From the IMG/VR virus record IMGVR_UViG_3300031784_000003: a stretch of DNA of 64,000 bases; one strand, 5' to 3'. Shown here piece after piece: positions 18,450 through 26,064 of the stretch; position 1 is the first letter of the stretch, and each line of letters starts with the position of its first letter. The notes beneath the pieces were generated by a model. It did not search any database. It was not told the DNA's origin and saw only the letters and a program-made list of their open reading frames with translations. The DNA comes from a virus. Taxonomy: Duplodnaviria > Caudoviricetes. The position numbers and the translations under genes were made by a program.

Positions 18450-18548
18450 TGTGATTTTTTTGAAAAAAAATGAGTTATTTTATAGGTCATATAGGAATCT
18501 ACACACTAATAAATAATTAATAATAAAAATTAAAAAAAGTATTAAAAA

Positions 18549-20408
18549 ATGGAATTATCAAATAAAATTTTGTCTGACATTACGGTTTATATGAAGTATG
18601 CTAAATTCTTACCAGAAATGAATAGAAGAGAAACTTGGGAAGAATTAGTTACTAGAAACAAAGAAATGCATCAAAAAAAATACCCCAATATTAAAGATGA
18701 AATTGAAGAAGTTTATAAATTAGTTTATGATAAAAAAATACTACCTTCAATGAGAAGTTTACAATTTGGTGGTAAACCTATTGAAATATCTCCTAATAGA
18801 GTTTATAACTGTGCATATTTACCTATCGATCATACGGATGCCTTTTCAGAAACAATGTTTTTATTGTTAGGTGGGACAGGTGTAGGTTATTCGGTACAAA
18901 AACATCACGTAGATAAACTACCAGAAATTAGAAAACCTAATCCTGATAGAAAAAGAAGATATTTAATAGGGGATTCAATAGAAGGATGGGCAGACGCAAT
19001 TAAATTATTAGTAGAATCTTATTTTGGTGTAAAGTCATCTACTCCGATATTTGATTATTCAGACATTAGACATAAAGGGGCATTATTAGTGACATCGGGT
19101 GGTAAAGCACCAGGTCCACAACCATTAAAAGACTGTATACATAATATTAAAAAAGTATTGGACTCTAAAACTGATGGAGAAAAATTAACACCTATTGAAA
19201 CACATGATATCGTATGTCATATTGCAGATGCAGTTTTAGCGGGTGGTATTCGTAGAGCAGCATTAATTAGTTTATTTTCTGCGGATGACAATGAAATGAT
19301 TTCTTGTAAAGCAGGAAACTGGTGGGAATTAAATCCTCAGAGAGGTAGAGCAAATAATTCGGCAGTATTATTAAGACATAAAGTTACTAAAGAATTCTTT
19401 TTAGATTTATGGAAAAGAATTGAGTTGAGTGGTGCTGGTGAACCAGGAATCTACTTCTCAAATGACAAAGATTGGGGTACAAACCCTTGTTGTGAGATAG
19501 GTCTTAGACCTTATCAGTTCTGTAATTTATGTGAAGTGAACGCATCGGACATCGAATCGCAAGAAGACTTTGAAAAAAGAGTTAGAGGTGCAGCGTTTAT
19601 TGGGACATTACAGGCTGGTTATACAGACTTCCATTATTTAAGAGATGTATGGAAAAGAACTACTGAAAAAGATGCACTTATTGGTGTAGGTATGACAGGT
19701 ATTGGATCTGGAGTTGTTTTAGGTTATGATATGAAAGCAGCTTCTGAAGCAGTTAAAGATGAAAATGAAAGAGTTGCGACATTAATCGGTATCAATTCTG
19801 CCGCTAGAACTACTACTGTTAAACCATCAGGTACCTCATCATTAGTTTTGGGTACATCATCAGGGATTCATGCTTGGCATAATGACTACTATATTAGAAG
19901 AATCAGAGTTGGTAAAAATGAAGCAATATATACTTACTTATCTATAAACCATCCTGAATTAGTAGAAGATGAAATTTTTAGACCACACGATACTGCAGTG
20001 ATATCTATCCCACAAAAATCACCAGAAGGTTCTATATTAAGATATGAATCTCCTTTTGATTTATTAGAAAGAGTTAAAAAGGTATCACAAGAATGGATTA
20101 AACCAGGACACAGAAGTGGGCAAAATACACATAATGTATCTGCGACAATATCTTTGAAAGAAGAAGATTGGGAATTGGCTGGTGAATGGATGTGGACGAA
20201 TAGAAAATTCTATAATGGATTATCAGTTCTACCTTATAATGGAGGCACATACCAACAAGCACCTTTTGAGGATTGTAATATCGAAACATACGAAACTATG
20301 ATGAAGTCTTTATCTTCAGTTGATTTAACTAAAGTTATAGAATTACAAGATAATACTAATCTTTCAGGTGAAGTTGCTTGTGCTGGAGGAGCTTGTGAAA
20401 TTATATAA
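18549..20408 (+). CDS. nrdJ: Class II (adenosylcobalamin-dependent) ribonucleotide reductase, monomeric type
   Basis: KYA..RRETWEE, PSMRSLQFGG, YNCAY, TNPCCEI active-site loop, TTVKPSGT and C-terminal CAGGACEI. Confidence 0.92.
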   Translation: MELSNKILSDITVYMKYAKFLPEMNRRETWEELVTRNKEMHQKKYPNIKDEIEEVYKLVYDKKILPSMRSLQFGGKPIEISPNRVYNCAYLPIDHTDAFSETMFLLLGGTGVGYSVQKHHVDKLPEIRKPNPDRKRRYLIGDSIEGWADAIKLLVESYFGVKSSTPIFDYSDIRHKGALLVTSGGKAPGPQPLKDCIHNIKKVLDSKTDGEKLTPIETHDIVCHIADAVLAGGIRRAALISLFSADDNEMISCKAGNWWELNPQRGRANNSAVLLRHKVTKEFFLDLWKRIELSGAGEPGIYFSNDKDWGTNPCCEIGLRPYQFCNLCEVNASDIESQEDFEKRVRGAAFIGTLQAGYTDFHYLRDVWKRTTEKDALIGVGMTGIGSGVVLGYDMKAASEAVKDENERVATLIGINSAARTTTVKPSGTSSLVLGTSSGIHAWHNDYYIRRIRVGKNEAIYTYLSINHPELVEDEIFRPHDTAVISIPQKSPEGSILRYESPFDLLERVKKVSQEWIKPGHRSGQNTHNVSATISLKEEDWELAGEWMWTNRKFYNGLSVLPYNGGTYQQAPFEDCNIETYETMMKSLSSVDLTKVIELQDNTNLSGEVACAGGACEII

Positions 20409-20437
20409 GTTGTGAACGTAAAATGGGGTAACGATAT

Positions 20438-20470
20438 AACGCTAACATATCAAATTATGTTAGCGTTTTA
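20438..20470 (+). terminator. Terminator-like hairpin after nrdJ
   Basis: Perfect 12-bp stem aacgctaacata/tatgttagcgtt with a 6-nt loop. Confidence 0.7.
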
Positions 20471-20497
20471 TAATCAAAGAAAAAAGAATTAAAAAAA

Positions 20498-20725
20498 ATG
20501 AATGTAGGGGCATCAAAAGATTGGGTACAACAACTATACATAAGGGAATTCGGTCCTAAACTACAACCAAATGAGTTCTATTATGATAATGATGGTAGAA
20601 TAGTTATGAATGAACAATATCATAAACGAAGAGGATCTTGTTGTGGTAATGGATGTTTACATTGTCCTTATGAACCCAAACATATAAAAGGTAATACAGA
20701 AATAAAAAAATCACTACAATCGTAG
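20498..20725 (+). CDS. Small Cys-rich protein (DUF5522-like)
   Basis: FYYDNDGRIVMNEQYHKRRGSCCGNGCLHCPY motif. Confidence 0.75.
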   Translation: MNVGASKDWVQQLYIREFGPKLQPNEFYYDNDGRIVMNEQYHKRRGSCCGNGCLHCPYEPKHIKGNTEIKKSLQS

Positions 20726-20736
20726 TGATTTTTTTT
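20704..20736. terminator. Bidirectional terminator between convergent genes
   Basis: A7-tcactac-aatc-gtagtga-T8, overlapping both stop codons. Confidence 0.85.
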
Positions 20737-21298
20737 ATGTATTAAATTTTTTAGAATAAAGATATTTTATCATTTCAATATCCTTTTCAGTAAAATTATT
20801 ATTGTGATCTAAAATAGAATTATTTTCTTTTTCATAATGAGAAAAACCTAACATATGAAACATTTCGTGTCTAATTGTATTAGAAAATGATTTAAATTCT
20901 TTATTTTCTACAATATCTATATGTATGTAAACACTTTTAATTTTATGGTTTATAGGTTCTGTAAAAGTTATACCTATATTAACTAAATCGTATTTTGACC
21001 ATTTAAACATATTGGCAAACTCTGTATCGGATAAGAAATATATAACCACATTAGCAGAATCTTTATTTTTAACCATACTTATATTAATAGGTTTAATAAG
21101 TGGTTTAAAAATTTTAATAGTTTCAACAACATCCAATGAGTCTTTTTTGGTGTACTTACCGTATAAACATATTTTAATATCTTTATACCATCTATCCCCA
21201 CCTTCTGTTGCTAATAAAAGTTCTTCTTTAGTAAAAAGACTTTGAGAAAAAAACCAAATAGGGTTTAAAATTAATAGTGCAATTATTAAATTTTTCAT
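20735..21298 (-). CDS. Secreted zinc metalloprotease (metzincin/matrixin-like); start revised to 21298
   Basis: HEMFHMLGFSH matches HExxHxxGxxH; N-terminal signal-peptide-like MKNLIIALLILNPIWFFSQ. Confidence 0.8.
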   Translation of the reverse strand: MKNLIIALLILNPIWFFSQSLFTKEELLLATEGGDRWYKDIKICLYGKYTKKDSLDVVETIKIFKPLIKPINISMVKNKDSANVVIYFLSDTEFANMFKWSKYDLVNIGITFTEPINHKIKSVYIHIDIVENKEFKSFSNTIRHEMFHMLGFSHYEKENNSILDHNNNFTEKDIEMIKYLYSKKFNT

Positions 21299-21322
21299 AG
21301 TTGTTTTGTATTTATAATAAAA

Positions 21323-21353
21323 CAAATATATAATTTTTTCTTAAATAAACAAA
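21323..21353 (-). promoter_or_regulatory. Bacteroidota sigma-A promoter TTTG-N19-TATATTTG
   Basis: Plus strand has caaatata at 21323-21330 and caaa at 21350-21353; 24 nt upstream of the protease ATG. Confidence 0.75.
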
Positions 21354-21367
21354 AATTATTAAAAAAT

Positions 21368-23293
21368 ATGAAGAATCTTTTTGAGGAGTTACAAAGAATA
21401 AAGTCTTTAATGGTTTACGAACAAGGTGTAAAGATTAATGAAGTTAGTACTGCATCCGTTGAAGGTGGTGATACTGATGAAGGTGATGGTGGTAGTGAAA
21501 ATCAAAATAAACCTGCGGATAGTGAAAACGAAAAAAATAATGTAGAACAAGAATCAAAAACTGAAGGTGGTAAAGAACCAAGTAAAAAGAATTGTGTGTC
21601 TATTACAAATACTGAGGTATATAAAACTGAAAGTGATGTAAATAAAGAAGTACCTGAAAAGTTCTTTCAGAAGTTTAAACAAAAAGTGGAAGAACAGTTT
21701 GGTTTATTCGCGGATGGTGAATTTACTATTGAAGATATCAATGTATTTGGAGGTGCTAGTAACTATTGGAAGGGTAGTAATAGTAATAAATTTCCTGCGG
21801 TAGAACCTAAGTATTGTAATGAATATGATGTTAACGTTGGTATAACTTCATTAAAAACTTGGTCGTCTGGTTGTAAAGGTTTTGGTAAAACCGAAAAAAA
21901 AGTTTATGATAAAAATTCTTCAGGTAAAAAAAGTAATGAAGATTTAGCAAAAAGAAGGGCACAAAAAGTTTTAGATGAATTAACTAAAAAAATTGTGACT
22001 TTTGCTCAACAAAATAATATTAAAGTTCCAGCCGATTTCAAAAAAGAAATAAAAAATATTACTTCTGGTTCCATTTATACTGAAGATAAAACAGATACTC
22101 ATTCAGTAGTAGCAGCAGCAATTAAAAGTGGTGAATTAAATGCGGGTCAATTAGTAATGATAGACGCAGTTTTATGTTTTACACCATACAACCCATGTCC
22201 TAATTGTATGATTAGAGATCCAAAAACTAAACAATGTAAATGTAAAGAAGGGTTAACAGAAAAAGATGGTAAATGTTTTTGCCCTAATGGAAAAGAGGTG
22301 GATGAAAATTGTGAATGTAACAATTGTCCAGATCCTTGTATGACATTTAATAAAGAAACAAAAAAATGTGATTGCCCTGAAGGTATGACATTTAATGAAT
22401 CTACAAAACAATGTGAATGTCCTAAAGGTTTCAAAAAGACAGATGATTGTGAATGTTTGAAAGAAAAAGAAAGAGAATGTCCTGATAAATGTCAAAAACG
22501 TGATGAAAATGGTGATTGTAAATGTCCTAATGGTATGACATTTAATGAAGAGACACAAAAATGTGATTGTCCTGAAGGTAAAATTAAACCTACTGTAGAT
22601 GCGTGTAATTGTGTAACACCAAAACCACCATTAAAATGTGGGTATAATGAGAAAAAAGAAGGGGGTAGAGGTACTAAACAAAATAACTTTGTTGCAGCAA
22701 CAGTTAAAAGTGGATTCCCTGTTGGGGAAGGGGATACGGTAACTATTTCATTTGATTCATTGGTTGTTCCTGACGCATTTTATGTTAAGTATGGTGATCA
22801 AGAGTTCTTTAGCGGATTTATGGGAGATGTCTATAATGATGAATATAGACAAGTTGCTTTAAGTGTTAAAGAAAAGAAAAAAATGTTACCATTACAGTCT
22901 AAATATGTTAAAGATATTGTTAAAGATGAATTAAATGCTGGTGATAACGATTATAGTGGGATGGATAATGTTGTAAGGAATTTTGTTGGTGAGTTAGTAA
23001 TGTATAAACGACAAGATGGTTTATTAGAGAGTATAAATGAAGCAATTAAATCTGAAGGGGGAAAATTGACAGTTAAAGATATCTTTAAAAATGGTGATGC
23101 TGAGGCAGAAAAAATAACTGATGATATTATTAATAGTGGTAGTATAAAAGATAACATTGTTAGATATAAACAAATAATGAAATCTGGTACATCATTTAAA
23201 ATTACCAAAGAAGAAGAGAATTTCCAACTGATAATAATGGTATTTTCACCATTAGATAGAACAATATTTACGATGGAAGTTAAATGTGAATAA
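21368..23293 (+). CDS. OmpA-like domain plus Cys-repeat protein with putative capsid-targeting leader
   Basis: SNEDLAKRRAQKVLDEL OmpA motif, 24-Cys repeat block, ISFDSLVVPDAFYVKY beta-sandwich motif; TATTTATA at 21309-21316. Confidence 0.6.
   Translation: MKNLFEELQRIKSLMVYEQGVKINEVSTASVEGGDTDEGDGGSENQNKPADSENEKNNVEQESKTEGGKEPSKKNCVSITNTEVYKTESDVNKEVPEKFFQKFKQKVEEQFGLFADGEFTIEDINVFGGASNYWKGSNSNKFPAVEPKYCNEYDVNVGITSLKTWSSGCKGFGKTEKKVYDKNSSGKKSNEDLAKRRAQKVLDELTKKIVTFAQQNNIKVPADFKKEIKNITSGSIYTEDKTDTHSVVAAAIKSGELNAGQLVMIDAVLCFTPYNPCPNCMIRDPKTKQCKCKEGLTEKDGKCFCPNGKEVDENCECNNCPDPCMTFNKETKKCDCPEGMTFNESTKQCECPKGFKKTDDCECLKEKERECPDKCQKRDENGDCKCPNGMTFNEETQKCDCPEGKIKPTVDACNCVTPKPPLKCGYNEKKEGGRGTKQNNFVAATVKSGFPVGEGDTVTISFDSLVVPDAFYVKYGDQEFFSGFMGDVYNDEYRQVALSVKEKKKMLPLQSKYVKDIVKDELNAGDNDYSGMDNVVRNFVGELVMYKRQDGLLESINEAIKSEGGKLTVKDIFKNGDAEAEKITDDIINSGSIKDNIVRYKQIMKSGTSFKITKEEENFQLIIMVFSPLDRTIFTMEVKCE
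22196..22612 (+). repeat. Three 8-Cys modules (CP..C-CxC-CxC-CxC)
   Basis: Direct translation; atgacatttaat occurs three times at DNA level. Confidence 0.9.
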
Positions 23294-23353
23294 TAATATT
23301 TATTATTTTAATATTTCTTTTCAAAAATTTTATAGTATAATATTTATATACAT

Positions 23354-23737
23354 ATGGCAAAGACTAGGTATATAAATATTGATTTCCCTTTTAGGGATGG
23401 TGATAATGGGTTTTATTTTCAGATGAATAAAACAGATAAAGACGCTATTAGGGCGGATTTATTACATCTACTTTTAACTAATAAAGGTGAAAGGTTATAT
23501 CTCCCTGATTTTGGTAGTGATTTAAAAAAATACATTTTTGAACCAAATGATTCAATCACACATGAACAAATTAGAGATAATTTAAATGATACAATTAAAT
23601 TATATATACCTAATTTAATCATAAATGACATATCATTTAGAAATGATGATATCGAAGAATTAATAATTGTGGAATTAACCTATACTGTTACAGAAGGAAC
23701 TTTCACTAGTACAGATACAATAACTTTAACATTCTAA
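23354..23737 (+). CDS. Baseplate wedge subunit gp25-like
   Basis: IRADLLHLLLTNKGERLYLPDFGSDL..IFEP motif; TATTTATA at 23341-23348. Confidence 0.9.
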   Translation: MAKTRYINIDFPFRDGDNGFYFQMNKTDKDAIRADLLHLLLTNKGERLYLPDFGSDLKKYIFEPNDSITHEQIRDNLNDTIKLYIPNLIINDISFRNDDIEELIIVELTYTVTEGTFTSTDTITLTF

Positions 23738-23739
23738 TT

Positions 23740-25569
23740 ATGGCAAAGAAAATAGATTATAATGCACGTAATTTCTCAGATGTAAGATTACAACTTATAG
23801 AATTCATACAAAAATATTATCCAGAAATATTTTCAGATTTTAATGACGCTTCTGTCGGTATGATGTTATTAGAGTTAAACGCTGCGGTTGGGGATATGTT
23901 ATCATTCCATACCGATAGAATGTTTAATGAGACTCAAATAAATTACGCACAAGAAAGATCTTCATTATTAGAACTGGCAAGAACATTCGGTTTAAATGTA
24001 CCAGGTAAAAGACCTAGTATAACTATCGTTGATTGGACAGTAACTAATATACCTGTAAATGGTGATACATTTGATATAAGTTATGCTCCAAAAATACTAA
24101 AAGGGTCACAAGCAACTGGTGCGGGTAAAATATTTGAATTACAGGAAGACTGTGATTTCGCATCTCCGTTTACGACAGGAGGTATCCCTAATAGATTGGT
24201 GATTCCAAACATAGATGGGAGTGGTATTATACAAAATTATTCTCTTACTAAAAGAGAAATTATGTTAAATGGTATCACAAAAATATATAAAAAAGTATTG
24301 GGTAGAGAAGATTATAGACCATTTTTAGAAATAATCTTACCAGAAGATAACGTATTGTCGATAGAAAATATTATAACTAAGGAAGGTACAAATTTTGTAA
24401 ATAACCCAACAGAAGACGAATTTTCTAATTTTGATTTAAGTTGGTATGAAGTTCCTGCATTGGCACAAGGTGAAATATATATTGAGGATGAAAATGCCGT
24501 TTCAGATAGATCTGGTGTAGTAGTCGGTAAATGGAAAAATGCTCCAAAAAGATTTATACAAGAATATACTGATAATGGTTTCTGTAAAATCATATTTGGT
24601 GCTGGTGATACAGATATTTCCGAATTAAATGATTTTGTTGGTTGTAGAGGACAAATTGAAAGAATAGGTAAAGTAGTAAATAATTTATCTTTGGGTGAGA
24701 TTCCACAAACTAATAATACAATGTATGTTAGATATAGAATAGGTGGTGGAGAAGATTCTAATATTGGACCTAATACCATCACATCTTTGGGGACTACAGG
24801 TGTAATCGTCAATGGTGATGATAATAATTTAAATAGAATTATAAAAAATAGTATTACAGTTAATAATCCTATTCCTGCTTTAGGTGGTAAAGAAGAACCA
24901 TCAGTAGAAGAAATAAGAAATTTAGTTAGATATAATTTTTCTGCACAAAATAGGTGTGTAACAATCAAAGATTACCAAAGTAGAATACCACTTATGCCAG
25001 GTAAATTTGGTGTACCTTTTAGAACTGGTGTGTGGGAAGAAAGAAATAAAATCAATGTTTACATTTTAGCGTTAGATTCTAGTAGTAAACTTACAACAGA
25101 ATCCACATCAACACTAAAACAGAATATTGCAGATTATTTAGCGGATTTTAGGATGATAAATGATTATGTTACTGTGAAAAATGGTAGGGTAATTAATTTA
25201 GGTTTTGAAATAGATGTTTTCGCAGATAAAGCGGTACCAAAAGGTGAGGTGATATCAGGTGTAATTTCATCAGTAACACAATATTTTGATATAAATAAGT
25301 GGCATATGGGTGATAATGTATATCTATCACAATTAGTTGAAAATATCAATAATGTTGCAGGTGTATTAAATGTTACTGATCTTAGAGTTTATAATAAAGT
25401 AAATGAAAATGGTAAATATTCATTAAACGAGATTGCTCAACCATATATCGATGATACAACTAGACAAATAGATTTGTTAGGTAGATATACTTTATTTGGT
25501 GCTCCAAATGCGATGTTCGAAATTAAATATCCAAATAAAGATATTAAAATCACTATTTCTACTTCATAG
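23740..25569 (+). CDS. Baseplate wedge subunit gp6-like (baseplate J family)
   Basis: YNARNFSDVRLQLIEFI..YPEIFSDFNDASVG..LLEL and AQNRCVTIKDY motifs; follows gp25. Confidence 0.88.
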   Translation: MAKKIDYNARNFSDVRLQLIEFIQKYYPEIFSDFNDASVGMMLLELNAAVGDMLSFHTDRMFNETQINYAQERSSLLELARTFGLNVPGKRPSITIVDWTVTNIPVNGDTFDISYAPKILKGSQATGAGKIFELQEDCDFASPFTTGGIPNRLVIPNIDGSGIIQNYSLTKREIMLNGITKIYKKVLGREDYRPFLEIILPEDNVLSIENIITKEGTNFVNNPTEDEFSNFDLSWYEVPALAQGEIYIEDENAVSDRSGVVVGKWKNAPKRFIQEYTDNGFCKIIFGAGDTDISELNDFVGCRGQIERIGKVVNNLSLGEIPQTNNTMYVRYRIGGGEDSNIGPNTITSLGTTGVIVNGDDNNLNRIIKNSITVNNPIPALGGKEEPSVEEIRNLVRYNFSAQNRCVTIKDYQSRIPLMPGKFGVPFRTGVWEERNKINVYILALDSSSKLTTESTSTLKQNIADYLADFRMINDYVTVKNGRVINLGFEIDVFADKAVPKGEVISGVISSVTQYFDINKWHMGDNVYLSQLVENINNVAGVLNVTDLRVYNKVNENGKYSLNEIAQPYIDDTTRQIDLLGRYTLFGAPNAMFEIKYPNKDIKITISTS

Positions 25570-25617
25570 TAATTACTTTTTTAAAAATATAATTAGTTTT
25601 AATAAAAAAATAAAATT

Positions 25618-26043
25618 ATGGAATGTAAAACGTGTAAACAAAAAAATCAAAAATCTAACAACAGTGAAAAACAAAATAAAGGAAATGGTTTTAGTATGAA
25701 TTTAATTTCTGAGGAAATTCAAAAAGGGGATTATAATGGCAATTTCTTTTTTAAAGTTATTGCATTTTTTGTAATCAGTATTGCATTACCACTTATTCTT
25801 TTAGTTTTAATTGGTCAGGTTTTTCTAACTTTCTTTTTACCTAAATCTTTACCGAAAGTCAGAAAAAAGTTTTTTAACTTTTTTACTGGAATCTTAAATG
25901 TGTATGGAAAATTTAAGTATAATAAAGAAATAAAAAAACGTGAAAAACAATTTGGTGAAAATATTTCATATGATGAAAAATCTGAAGATGATGTGAATTT
26001 TAATGATATAGAAATTTTTAATGGTAAGGAAAATAAAAAATAA
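25618..26043 (+). CDS. Hypothetical membrane protein with N-terminal CxxC
   Basis: MECKTCK; long hydrophobic segment FFFKVIAFFVISIALPLILLVLIGQVFLTFFL. Confidence 0.65.
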   Translation: MECKTCKQKNQKSNNSEKQNKGNGFSMNLISEEIQKGDYNGNFFFKVIAFFVISIALPLILLVLIGQVFLTFFLPKSLPKVRKKFFNFFTGILNVYGKFKYNKEIKKREKQFGENISYDEKSEDDVNFNDIEIFNGKENKK

Positions 26044-26064
26044 TAAAAATAAAATGATACTAAT

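Noticed and set aside
18450-18548. NrdR box or cobalamin riboswitch upstream of nrdJ
   Set aside because: acactaataaataatt matches only the first part of the NrdR palindrome, and the gap is too short and AT-rich for a riboswitch.
14446-20408. Inteins or introns in RecA, helicase and RNR
   Set aside because: Protein lengths and motif spacing are normal; no splice-junction or homing-endonuclease motifs.
21755-21770. gctagtaactattgg versus gctagaaactattgg at about 42995-43009 as a template/variable pair
   Set aside because: Similarity does not extend, and flanking mismatches are not confined to adenines; probably chance.
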